Assembly: GCA_041739175.1 (NCBI GenBank)
Contig: JBGSOJ010000007.1
Coordinates: 937 to 64,936 of the forward strand
Direction: 5' to 3'
DNA from: Sphingomonadaceae bacterium
Lineage (GTDB): Bacteria; Pseudomonadota; Alphaproteobacteria; Sphingomonadales; Sphingomonadaceae
Length of the DNA stretch: 64,000 nucleotides
Part shown: positions 28,800 through 37,955 of the stretch, piece by piece
Layout of the letters: each line of letters starts with the position of its first letter
How positions within the stretch are numbered: the first letter of the stretch is position 1
Made by a program: the position numbers and the translations under genes
The notes under the pieces: generated by a model
Told to the model about the DNA's origin: nothing
Databases searched by the model: none
The model's input: the letters and a program-made list of their open reading frames with translations, nothing else

Positions 28800-30041
28800 T
28801 TAGGCAGCGCGGGCAGTTAAGGCGTTGTTATCACTATCATCTTCTGCCCAATTAATCAGCATGGTCAAAATGCGCCGCAGCGATGCGTCCTGCGCTGCCA
28901 CGCGGGCTTCCAACGCGGTGATACGTGCCTTGGCTTCGGCGAGGTCCGCTAGATTTTGCGCCTCGTCCATCGGCGTTGCCGGTGATGCGATCGGTTGCGC
29001 GGGCATCGCGTGCGATTCCGGAACCGCAACCGGCATGGGTGCGGGAGCCACCGATTGCAGGGTTTGCGCCTGATCAATCGGGGCAGGTGCCGAAACGGGA
29101 ACTGTCACTGGCGCCAATGTTGGCATTGCTTGAGCCGGGGAAAATTGCCCCGCCCCGGATTGCCCAGACCCGGCTTGTACCGACCCGGCTTGCAAGGATT
29201 CTAATGCGGGCTCGGGCGTTGCCGCAGCAAAATCGCCGCGCTGATCTGCCAACACGCGGGCCAACAGCATCTCGTCGAGCATATCGGTCTGCTCCACTGC
29301 GCCCATCAGGAACAGCCGCGACAAGAGGACATTCAAGCGGCGCGGTACTCCGCCCGTCTCGGCGTAAAGTTGACGAATGGCACCGGGCGTAATGTCCGGG
29401 CGGCCGCTCCAGCCGACCTTCGACAAGCGATGCACGATATAGGGCTCAACCTCCTCGACATCCATGGCGTCAAGGTGATGGCTGGCGATAACCCGTTGGC
29501 GCAATTGCTCAAGGCGCGGTTCAGTATTGATCCGCGCACGAAATTCGGGCTGACCAAGCAAGAAGATTTGGAGTAGCGACGACGAACCCAATTGGAAGTT
29601 GGAGAGCATACGCAGCTCCTCCAATGCCTCAATCGTTAGGTTTTGCGCCTCATCCACCACAAGCAGACACCGCCGTCCGGCCCGTGCCTCGGCATGGAGC
29701 AGCATTTCGATTGCGCGCAAAGTCGCGGGCTTATCCATGCCGCGCGTATCGATGCCAAACGATTCGGCCGCCATGCCAATCATGTCGACGCCGTCGAGCG
29801 CGCTGGTGACGATATTCGCCGCCGTCAGCCGTGCCTTATCCACTGTCGCCATCAAATGCCCGACAAGCGTGGTCTTACCCGCACCGATTTCGCCCGTGAT
29901 GACAATAAAGCCCTCACCCTGCGCAAGGCCATAGCCGAGGTAAGACAACGCCTTGCGATGGGTCAGGCTTTCGAAATAGAAACGCGGGTCGGGCGTCAAT
30001 TGAAACGGATTGGCCGTTAACCCATAAAAATGTTCAAACAT
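28800..30041 (-). CDS. ExeA/GspA-like AAA ATPase, XrtA/PEP-CTERM system-associated
   Basis: MFEHFYGLTANPFQLTPDPRFYFES..., Walker A GEIGAGKTT, Walker B LLVVDEAQ. Low-complexity Ala/Pro/Gln C-terminus. Confidence 0.8.
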   Translation of the reverse strand: MFEHFYGLTANPFQLTPDPRFYFESLTHRKALSYLGYGLAQGEGFIVITGEIGAGKTTLVGHLMATVDKARLTAANIVTSALDGVDMIGMAAESFGIDTRGMDKPATLRAIEMLLHAEARAGRRCLLVVDEAQNLTIEALEELRMLSNFQLGSSSLLQIFLLGQPEFRARINTEPRLEQLRQRVIASHHLDAMDVEEVEPYIVHRLSKVGWSGRPDITPGAIRQLYAETGGVPRRLNVLLSRLFLMGAVEQTDMLDEMLLARVLADQRGDFAAATPEPALESLQAGSVQAGSGQSGAGQFSPAQAMPTLAPVTVPVSAPAPIDQAQTLQSVAPAPMPVAVPESHAMPAQPIASPATPMDEAQNLADLAEAKARITALEARVAAQDASLRRILTMLINWAEDDSDNNALTARAA

Positions 30042-30071
30042 GGCAAATAAGCCCCTGACTCAAGGTAATGA

Positions 30072-31763
30072 TCAAAATCCGTAGCGGAGGCCGATTAGGC
30101 CCGATGCAGTGATTTGCGTATCGAAATTCTCTCGTTTATAGGTATCAAGACCCGCCGCGACATTGAGCGATAGGTTGCGGATCAACTCTTGCCCATAGCT
30201 TGCATTCGCGCCCACGCCGATTGTGCCGTCTGTGGTCAACGCCGGCAGGTAATAATTGGCATAAACGCTTGTGCCAAAACTGCCCGACTGTCCGACATTG
30301 CGCGATGCGCTTAACGAGGCGAAGTAGGTTTCGTCGGTTTGCCCCGCCAATTGCGATTGCCCACCGATCGCAGATACTTGGTATGCGCGGTTTTCATAAC
30401 CAAAAGCGAAGCCCGTGTTCCATCCGCCGATGCGCGTGCCCATTGACGCGGTGACACCGCGCGCCCGGAATATGGCCGAATTTGCACTTTGGAGCGCCGG
30501 ATTGAAGCACAAAGCGTTCGAGCCGCCAATCGCACAGCCGGTCAATTCTCCGCTTAGGGGATTGCGCGTGTTGCTAAAATTGGTTCCCAAGTTCGCGATG
30601 GCGTTGTTAAGTTGGCTGCCAAAGCCGCTCAGCTGGTCATAGACCGATACGCCAATCGAGGTTCGGTTATTGGGCGCATAGGACGCGCTGCCATAAAATG
30701 TCGTGCTGTCGTAGCGACGACCGACGCGCGCCTCAACCGATGTCCGTCGGCTTGGACGCCACAAGACGCCCGCATCAAAAATCAAGCCATCGGTTTCAAA
30801 GCTCGTCAATCGTGGTGAATTTGTGTCAGTGATCAAGCGGCCGTTGGCGTCGTAGATCGGTATTCCTGCGCCATCGCGCACGGCGTCACGCTCCGATACC
30901 GTAACCTTCTCATATCCGACGCCGCCGACAAGCGCCAGCGATCCGGTAAGCGGCAAGGTTAGATCAACACGACCATATAGATCCTCATAACGTTGATCCA
31001 GTTGCGACGCATCTTCGCGGTTATAGCCAACGCCGACGGCCCAACCTACCGGCAAGGAGCCAGGTTGCATTCCCAACGACAGGCTGGCCGAATGGGTCAT
31101 GCTGTCATCGAATACATCGATAGGCGAAAGCCCCGGCGTTGCCGTGCCGCCATCTGCTGATTCGACCCGTGTGTAGCCATAGCGATAGCCCGCCGCGACA
31201 TTCATTTCGCCCACATTGGTTGCCAATGTTGGCCCGGTATAGGCCGAATAGACGCGGCTAACATTTTCGGTGATGCCGACGAAATTGTTCGGAACCGCGC
31301 CGCGCGCATCGACGCGGGTTCGCGACGCGATGCCGCCCACTTCCCAGTTCAAGCCAGGGGTGATGATCGCATTGGCATTGGCGAGAGCAGAGATGTACGT
31401 CTGATCATTCTCACCGTCTTGCCAAGAAAACTGCTGCTCCACCCGCGCCGACAACTGCCCGCGAAACCGCCGGTTGTAGATCGATGCGTCGAGGCCAGCG
31501 GCAACCGATGAATACGTAAATACCTCTGTCTCACCGCCGCTCAAATCAGCCAACACTGTCTGGTCGATTTCGACGAAGGGTGTGATTTCGAGGCGCGGGC
31601 GTTCATCCTGCCGCGAGGGACCTGATTGCCCCTGCGAAGGCGTTGGTTGCGATTGCGATTGTCGCGACGATTGCGATTGTGCCTGCGCCGGCGCGGCCAG
31701 CAACGTAACGCTGGTCATCAATGCGGTGCAAAATGCCAGTTGGCCCTTTTTCGTGAGGCTCAT
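30072..31763 (-). CDS. outer-membrane beta-barrel protein of the PEP-CTERM locus (uncharacterised family)
   Basis: Signal peptide ...LLAAPAQA, Gln/Ser-rich linker, alternating-strand sequence, C-terminal ...GLRYGF. Confidence 0.65.
   Translation of the reverse strand: MSLTKKGQLAFCTALMTSVTLLAAPAQAQSQSSRQSQSQPTPSQGQSGPSRQDERPRLEITPFVEIDQTVLADLSGGETEVFTYSSVAAGLDASIYNRRFRGQLSARVEQQFSWQDGENDQTYISALANANAIITPGLNWEVGGIASRTRVDARGAVPNNFVGITENVSRVYSAYTGPTLATNVGEMNVAAGYRYGYTRVESADGGTATPGLSPIDVFDDSMTHSASLSLGMQPGSLPVGWAVGVGYNREDASQLDQRYEDLYGRVDLTLPLTGSLALVGGVGYEKVTVSERDAVRDGAGIPIYDANGRLITDTNSPRLTSFETDGLIFDAGVLWRPSRRTSVEARVGRRYDSTTFYGSASYAPNNRTSIGVSVYDQLSGFGSQLNNAIANLGTNFSNTRNPLSGELTGCAIGGSNALCFNPALQSANSAIFRARGVTASMGTRIGGWNTGFAFGYENRAYQVSAIGGQSQLAGQTDETYFASLSASRNVGQSGSFGTSVYANYYLPALTTDGTIGVGANASYGQELIRNLSLNVAAGLDTYKRENFDTQITASGLIGLRYGF
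31645..31680 (-). repeat. imperfect in-frame CAATCG hexanucleotide repeats encoding (QS)n
   Basis: Minus strand CAATCG CAATCG TCGCGA CAATCG CAATCG CAACCA gives QSQSSRQSQSQP just after the signal peptide of the OM barrel gene. Confidence 0.5.
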
Positions 31764-32707
31764 GATCGTGCTCCTTGTCCGTAATAGCTGCCAAAGCGCC
31801 GTCCGGTTGGCGCAAATCGTGTGGCATTGAGTAACAATTGAATATGCTCACATCCTGACAACAGGCGCAGGGCATCGGTGAGTTCGGTGTCGTTGGTTTT
31901 GTCGGCGCGCACCACCATGACCACTTGCCCAACATTTAGCGCAAGCACCGATGCAGGCGACGCGGCCAAGGCAGGCGGCGAGTCAAAAATGATAATCCGC
32001 GCCGGATCGCTGCGCGTCAATTTATCGAGCAACCGCTCAGTTCGGGCCGAGGCCAAGAGTTCGGTATCATCGCGGTTGATGCTGCCCGCGGGCAGGACCG
32101 AAAGGCCATCAACATCGGTATCAAGGATCAAATCCTCAATCTCGATCGCACTATCGGCCAGGGCATCCATAAATCCCGCCGATTGCGGCAGGCCCAGCAC
32201 GTCGGGGATATCGGCCTTGGCAAAATCGGCGTCGATTAACAGAACGCGGTTATCCTTTTCACTGGCAATCGACAGCGCCAAATTGGTCGCGCAGAACGTC
32301 TTGCCCTCATTCGGATTGGCGGAGCAGACCAAAATCCGTTCACCATGTTGAACCGGTTCATAGCCTTTGCCCCCACGCGCGGCGAGCAGCAGTTGGCGTT
32401 TCACAATACGGAACTCTTCGGCCAATCCGTTCACGGGATCTTCGGGGACGATATGATTGCTGCGGCGCAGCATATCGCGGTCAATCGGCAGCACGGGGCC
32501 ACGCGGTTCTCGCACATCGCGTACGGAATCGCGTAGGCCTTGCTCATAAGCGGCATTGTGCGGCGTATGGCCATAAGGCGCGCCGCCAACAGCGCCCTGC
32601 CCCATTTGCAAGTTCGGCGTCTCGCGCAAGTCGCGGCCAAATCCGTACATTTCGGCGGCGCGTTCCAGCAAGGAACCGGGTTTTTGAATGGGCGTATGTT
32701 TTGTCAT
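31760..32707 (-). CDS. BY-kinase-like chain-length determinant ATPase (EpsG-type)
   Basis: Walker A-like CSANPNEGKTFCATNLALS, VLLIDADF Walker A', IIFDSPP Walker B. ATGA overlap downstream. Confidence 0.75.
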   Translation of the reverse strand: MTKHTPIQKPGSLLERAAEMYGFGRDLRETPNLQMGQGAVGGAPYGHTPHNAAYEQGLRDSVRDVREPRGPVLPIDRDMLRRSNHIVPEDPVNGLAEEFRIVKRQLLLAARGGKGYEPVQHGERILVCSANPNEGKTFCATNLALSIASEKDNRVLLIDADFAKADIPDVLGLPQSAGFMDALADSAIEIEDLILDTDVDGLSVLPAGSINRDDTELLASARTERLLDKLTRSDPARIIIFDSPPALAASPASVLALNVGQVVMVVRADKTNDTELTDALRLLSGCEHIQLLLNATRFAPTGRRFGSYYGQGARS

Positions 32708-32722
32708 GGTTGCAACTCCCGA

Positions 32723-34291
32723 TCAGATCAACGCGCCGCGCTGGGCGAATTCAATGACCATCAGCAACGCAAAGACCCCGACCAAGGACACTGCTGCGCC
32801 ATAATAATATTTCAGCCATCGTTTGCGCTCGACCGCCTCTTTTGGCGTCAGCATTTGCGAGATTGAGCCCAACACCGGCAGGCCCGTTGCGCGCTCCAGC
32901 TTCATCGGGCTGGCGTAAGTCGATTGCATCTGCCCCAGCGCCAATGCGACGCCGACACCAGCAGCTAAAGCTGCAAGCAGCACGCCAAAAATCAACAACG
33001 GCCGGTTGGGCGCGGATGGGGCCAACGGGCTGGACGGCGGATCGATCACACGGAACTGCACGGCGTCAGTCTCGCTAGAAATATCGCCGCGCAACCGCAC
33101 CCGTTCCCGCTCCGTGAGCAATTTGTCATATTGTTCCTTTTGAACGGCATAGTCGCGATTGAGCTTCTCATATTCTGCCGAAACGCCGGGTTCCGCCGCC
33201 AATTTGCCCGTCAGGCTTGCCATTTCGGCATCAAGTGAACTTTTGCGCGCCTGCAAGGCTGCGACTTGCGCCTGCCGTTCGGAGCGCATGGAAATTAGCG
33301 AACTGTAAGCGGGGTTTGGCGTTTGGAAACTCCGATCACCGCTGCCGCCGGTGCTGCCTGATGGCGTGCTTGCCGCTTGCTGCTGCAAATAGGCCACTTG
33401 CCGTTTTTGTGCGATGACGTCGGGGTGGCTGTCGGTTAGCCCGCGACCACGCAAACCCGCCAATTCACCGCGCGCCTGATTCAGCTGCGCCTGTGCCGCG
33501 CTGGGTGCGGACATGCCGGGGTTTCCGGGAACAACCGTGGTCAGGGTCGCCGGTGTCCCAGCGATTTGTCCGTTCAACGCGGCAAGCGAGCTTTGCGCCT
33601 GAATCAACTGCGATTCGACTTGCCCCAACTCGGCGCGCGCCGTTGTGCTGCGATTGCTGGCAGATTGCGCGCCCGGCAGGATGCCCAGGTTTTGCGTTTC
33701 AAACGCGATGCGCGCTTGCTCCGCCTCGGCCATGGCCTTTTGCTTTGCTTCGATTTGCGAATCAAGGAAACGCAACGTGTTGCTGGTTCCGGCGCGATCG
33801 GTGGCGATGTTGTCCTCTTGAAACAAATCGATCAATTTTTGCACGACATCACGCGAGAGCGCGGCGGCCTGTTTGTCGCTCATGGAACTGCTGGTAAGTT
33901 CTGCCGTCACAGCGAAAAGATTATCGCGCTCGGCCGAAACCTTGATGGATTTGCGCAGCATTTCGACCATAACCGCCATGTCACGGTCGGTTTTGACCAA
34001 ACCGGCAAGGCCCGTTTGCCGCACGACCTTCTCCAGATTGATGGTGCTGGTCAGCGTCTTTTCCAACCGGTCTATGTCGTTCCGTTTCGCACCCGCACCG
34101 CTGCTGAGTTCGGTTGACAACAATTCTTCCGACTGCACGAAAATGCGGGCTTTTGATTCATAACTGTTGGGGATCAGAGTCAGAACCAACCAACCGGCAA
34201 GGCAAATGGCCCACGCCACGCCCAGAACCAACCAGCGGCGGTTCCAGACGCTATACAATGCCAATCGGATTTCGTCGTATAGGCCGTTCAT
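32723..34291 (-). CDS. Wzz/PCP-family chain length determinant protein (EpsF-type)
   Basis: N- and C-terminal TM helices flanking a long coiled-coil periplasmic region, with a Pro-rich segment before the last TM. Confidence 0.75.
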   Translation of the reverse strand: MNGLYDEIRLALYSVWNRRWLVLGVAWAICLAGWLVLTLIPNSYESKARIFVQSEELLSTELSSGAGAKRNDIDRLEKTLTSTINLEKVVRQTGLAGLVKTDRDMAVMVEMLRKSIKVSAERDNLFAVTAELTSSSMSDKQAAALSRDVVQKLIDLFQEDNIATDRAGTSNTLRFLDSQIEAKQKAMAEAEQARIAFETQNLGILPGAQSASNRSTTARAELGQVESQLIQAQSSLAALNGQIAGTPATLTTVVPGNPGMSAPSAAQAQLNQARGELAGLRGRGLTDSHPDVIAQKRQVAYLQQQAASTPSGSTGGSGDRSFQTPNPAYSSLISMRSERQAQVAALQARKSSLDAEMASLTGKLAAEPGVSAEYEKLNRDYAVQKEQYDKLLTERERVRLRGDISSETDAVQFRVIDPPSSPLAPSAPNRPLLIFGVLLAALAAGVGVALALGQMQSTYASPMKLERATGLPVLGSISQMLTPKEAVERKRWLKYYYGAAVSLVGVFALLMVIEFAQRGALI

Positions 34292-34339
34292 GTTAGTCCC
34301 TGACAGCGAGGTAAAGTGTTGCCGACGCGCAAAAGTGCA

Positions 34340-34987
34340 TTAAAATGCGCTCCGCGGAATGGTGATGACATCGCCCGGTTGCAGCAGGACATTGGCGCGC
34401 ATATCACCTTTTTGTAGCAGATCGTCGATGCGCAGACGGTATTCACGGCGTTGTCCCGTCGCGCGGTCAATCCGTGACAAGCGCGCGCGATTGCCGGCGG
34501 CAAACTCCGACAATCCACCCACCGCAATCAAGGCATCAAGCAATGTCATATTGGCCCGATAGCTCAGCGCAGCCGGCTTTTCGGTTGCGCCAATAATCTG
34601 CACCTGTTGCTGATAATTGCCGACAATGCCGCTAACGATCACATTTACGATTGGGTCGTTGATATATTTCGACAATTGCAGGCGCACATCCTGCGCCAAC
34701 ATGGTTGTCGTCTTACCTGCGGCAGGCATGTCGGTAATCAGCGGCGTGGTAATGCGGCCATCGGGGCGCACGGTAACCGACGCGCCAAGTTCCGGATTGC
34801 GCCACACAAAGATCGTGAGCGAGTCGCCCGGCCCGATGATATAGTCCTCGGGAACAGCGCCCTGCGCGGGCTGCACACCATAGCTGGACGGGGCATCGGG
34901 CACATTTGCGCCGCCGCTGCACGATGCCAGAACCGCTGCCAAGATAGGCAATGGCGCGAATTTGGTCCAATTTTGTGGCTTCAACAT
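34340..34987 (-). CDS. Wza-like polysaccharide export lipoprotein (EpsE-type)
   Basis: Lipobox LASCSG, YIIGPGDSLTIFVW Poly_export motif, SLBB-like LQPGDVITIP. Confidence 0.8.
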   Translation of the reverse strand: MLKPQNWTKFAPLPILAAVLASCSGGANVPDAPSSYGVQPAQGAVPEDYIIGPGDSLTIFVWRNPELGASVTVRPDGRITTPLITDMPAAGKTTTMLAQDVRLQLSKYINDPIVNVIVSGIVGNYQQQVQIIGATEKPAALSYRANMTLLDALIAVGGLSEFAAGNRARLSRIDRATGQRREYRLRIDDLLQKGDMRANVLLQPGDVITIPRSAF

Positions 34988-35023
34988 AACGCTACCTCAT
35001 TGCAATTTATGCAGTACAAGCAG

Positions 35024-35116
35024 ACCGTTAGGGATTTTTAGGCCACCCGCACCGGCGCTTTTTACGCATCTTCACAATGCGCTATGCCGAAAAAGGGTGA
35101 ACATACCGTTAGGATT
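35024..35116. repeat. direct repeat CAnACCGTTAGG(G)ATT x2 in the eps operon upstream region
   Basis: cagACCGTTAGGGATT at 35021-35036 and cataCCGTTAGGATT at 35102-35116, about 81 bp apart, upstream of the export gene start (34987). Confidence 0.35.
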
Positions 35117-35176
35117 GTTGCCGGATTCTGCCTCCATTTCGGCCCGTCCCGAAACGGGGCAGCGTCCTAAGCCTTT

Positions 35177-36391
35177 CTAAACAAGCAATTCGGCGGCGGG
35201 GCCCTGCCCCAAAAACGCGGCAGGGCTGGCGCTTGCGCCATAGGCTCCGGCGCAGAATATCGCGACCAAATCGCCCCGCTGCGCCGAGGGCAGCGACACC
35301 TGATTGCCCAGCAAGTCCAGCGGAGTGCAAAGGCATCCGACAACCGTTTGCACCTCCTCGGCAGCGCCCATGCGGTTGGCAATGGCGATCGGATAATTCC
35401 GGCGGACAACCGTGCCGAAATTGCCGCTTGCGGCGAGTTGATGATGCAGGCCGCCATCGGTGATTAGAAAAACCTCGCCGTGGCTAATTTTGCGGTCGAT
35501 GACGCGGGTCAGATATACGCCCGCCTCTCCCACCAGATAGCGACCAAGCTCAATGCAGAAATGGGTATCGGCGAGTTCGCGCGGCAAGGTGTCGAACGCC
35601 TGCGAAAGCGCGGCACCAATCGCCTGAATATTCAGCGGTTCATCGCTGGGGAAATAGGGAATGCCAAAACCCCCGCCCAAATTGATCCGCGCCGGATTGG
35701 CACCAATTGCCCGGGCAAGTTCAGCCGATAACGCAAGCGATTGGGATTGCGATTCAATAATCGCATCGGCCTTAAGCGCTTGGCTTCCTGCATAAATATG
35801 GAACCCGCGCCATTCCGCTCCAGCGTCAATAATAGCACGCGCAAGCGCGGGAACGCGTTCCGCATCGACGCCGAATTGCTTCGCCCCGCCGCCCATTTTC
35901 ATGCCGGACCCTTTAAGGTCGAAGCTGGGGTTTACTCGAATCGCAATGCGCGCCTGCTTTCCTAAATCGGCTGCAATGGCCAGCCCGCGGGCGACTTCTC
36001 CTTCCGATTCAGCATTTAGCGTAACGCCATGGCCAATTGCCGACCACAATTCGGCATCGCGCTTGCCTGGCCCCGCAAAGCTGATCTGTTTAGGATCAAC
36101 ACCCGCCGCCATGGCCAACGCCAACTCGCCACCCGATGCAATATCGAAGCCATCGACCAGCCCATTCATATGCGCAATAAGGGGACCGAACGGATTCGCC
36201 TTCATCGCGTAATGGATCGAAAGTCGCCTAGGCATTGCGGCGCGTAGGTCGGCGAATTGCGCATCCAGCATGGCCTTACTGTAAACGAAGCACGGCGTTT
36301 GCGCGGCCAAATCTTCCGCGCGGCGACCGTCGATGAGCAAATGGCCATCAGAATGCTTAAAAGCGGTAGGGATTGGTCCCATTGGTTTCAT
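35177..36391 (-). CDS. PLP-dependent Orn/DAP/Arg-type decarboxylase, exosortase A-associated
   Basis: PLP lysine motif IHYAMKANPF, GGGFGIPY, GCLCTPLD. ATGA overlap with the ligase. Confidence 0.85.
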   Translation of the reverse strand: MKPMGPIPTAFKHSDGHLLIDGRRAEDLAAQTPCFVYSKAMLDAQFADLRAAMPRRLSIHYAMKANPFGPLIAHMNGLVDGFDIASGGELALAMAAGVDPKQISFAGPGKRDAELWSAIGHGVTLNAESEGEVARGLAIAADLGKQARIAIRVNPSFDLKGSGMKMGGGAKQFGVDAERVPALARAIIDAGAEWRGFHIYAGSQALKADAIIESQSQSLALSAELARAIGANPARINLGGGFGIPYFPSDEPLNIQAIGAALSQAFDTLPRELADTHFCIELGRYLVGEAGVYLTRVIDRKISHGEVFLITDGGLHHQLAASGNFGTVVRRNYPIAIANRMGAAEEVQTVVGCLCTPLDLLGNQVSLPSAQRGDLVAIFCAGAYGASASPAAFLGQGPAAELLV

Positions 36392-37926
36392 GGTTGCAAT
36401 TCCCCGTTTGCAATTTGCTCAACCAGCGCCGCGCGATCGATCTTGCCATTGGGGTTTTTGGGAAAACTGTCCAGCCAGATGATGTGCGCAGGCTGCATAA
36501 AGCTCGGCAATTGCCCCTTGAAATGCGCCACCACCGCCGCGCTATCGGGCATATGCCCCGACGCCGCGCGCAGCAACAGCCAGATTTCTGCGTCAGTGCG
36601 GGGGTTCTTTTGCCCGATGGCCAATGCCTCCGCGACCCCGCCGCTAGCAAGTGCCGCATCCTCAATTTCCGTGGGTGAAATGCGATTGCCCGACACCTTA
36701 ATCATCGCGTCATCGCGGCCGACAAAATAGAGCAAGCCCTCAGCATCGCGGCGCACTGTATCGCCTGACCACACCGCGATGCCGCCCATATTGCTATGAA
36801 CGGGCGCAGGCTTGAATCGTTCAGCAGTCCGCACCGGGTCGCGCCAATAGCCCTGCGCAACCAACGGCCCGCAATGGACGAGTTCCCCCGGTTCATCTGC
36901 CGCGCACTCCTGCCCGTCCGCGCCAACCACCAAAATCTCGGCATATGGGATAGCGCGGCCCATGCTGGTCGGATGGCTATCGACCAGCGTTGGCGGCAAA
37001 TAGGTGGAGCGGAACGCCTCAGTTAGGCCGTACATCGGATAGAGATCAGCCTTTGGAAACTGCGCACGTAGCCGCCGCACAAGTGGCTCGGTTAGTGCGC
37101 CACCGCTATTGGTTAAACGGCGTAGCGGGGCGGATGATTCCTCCGGCCATTCAAGCTCCGCCAATTGGACCCACAAAGGCGGAACCGCGGCCAAGGTGGT
37201 TATCCCCTCCCGTGCGCACGCCTTTACGACATCGCGCGGGGTTAGGTAATCGAGCGGGATAACCGTGCCACCCGCCACCCAGGTTGAGAACATTTGGTTC
37301 TGCCCATAATCAAACGACAAAGGCAGAACGGCCAGCGTGCGGTCATCCGCCGCCATGCCCAAATAGTGCGCAACGCTAATTGCACCGAGCGACAGATTGG
37401 CGTGGCTCAACATGACGCCTTTTGGCCGCCCGGTTGAACCGGAGGTGTAAAGCAATGCCGCCAAAGCGTTGAGGTCAGTGTTGCTATCCGATGGCGGCGT
37501 TTCCTCCGCATCCGCTTCCATGGCAACCAAAGCCTCGGCTTCTTCAAGCAATGTACAGACAGCAGGAACATCATGCCCGTCTAGCGCGCTTATGCGCGCG
37601 GCGTTGGCCAGACACAGCCGCGCGCCGCTGTCAGAGAGGATATATGCTGCCTGCGCGCCCTTCAATTGGGGATTGATCGGCACATGGATCAGCCCCGCCC
37701 GCGCCGCCGCCATGGGCATACACACCGTCAAAAGCCCCTTTCCCGCCCAACTCGCCACGCGGTCCCCCGCCAATGCCCCTTGCGACCGCAGAAAATGCGC
37801 CAGTGTGCCAACACAAGAATTTAACTGTTTGTAAGATAAAACGCGATCACGCAGACGCAGAGCCGGTGCTTCGCTGCTGCCGCGCAACACAATATGGTCA
37901 ATCGGAAATGCAGGCAAAGCCGTCAT
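36388..37926 (-). CDS. AMP-forming acyl-CoA/acyl-carrier ligase, exosortase A-associated
   Basis: Adenylation motifs LLYTSGSTGRPKGVMLSH, YGLTE, GDTVRRDAEGLLYFVGRDD, PKNPNGKIDR. Confidence 0.85.
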   Translation of the reverse strand: MTALPAFPIDHIVLRGSSEAPALRLRDRVLSYKQLNSCVGTLAHFLRSQGALAGDRVASWAGKGLLTVCMPMAAARAGLIHVPINPQLKGAQAAYILSDSGARLCLANAARISALDGHDVPAVCTLLEEAEALVAMEADAEETPPSDSNTDLNALAALLYTSGSTGRPKGVMLSHANLSLGAISVAHYLGMAADDRTLAVLPLSFDYGQNQMFSTWVAGGTVIPLDYLTPRDVVKACAREGITTLAAVPPLWVQLAELEWPEESSAPLRRLTNSGGALTEPLVRRLRAQFPKADLYPMYGLTEAFRSTYLPPTLVDSHPTSMGRAIPYAEILVVGADGQECAADEPGELVHCGPLVAQGYWRDPVRTAERFKPAPVHSNMGGIAVWSGDTVRRDAEGLLYFVGRDDAMIKVSGNRISPTEIEDAALASGGVAEALAIGQKNPRTDAEIWLLLRAASGHMPDSAAVVAHFKGQLPSFMQPAHIIWLDSFPKNPNGKIDRAALVEQIANGELQP

Positions 37927-37955
37927 CGGAAAACTGGAAACCTCGTGGGGGGCTG

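Noticed and set aside
35141-35160. A hairpin (CCCGT/ACGGG or TCCCG/CGGGG) after the decarboxylase stop, as a possible terminator.
   Set aside because: The stem is only 5 bp and no T-run follows it on the minus strand.
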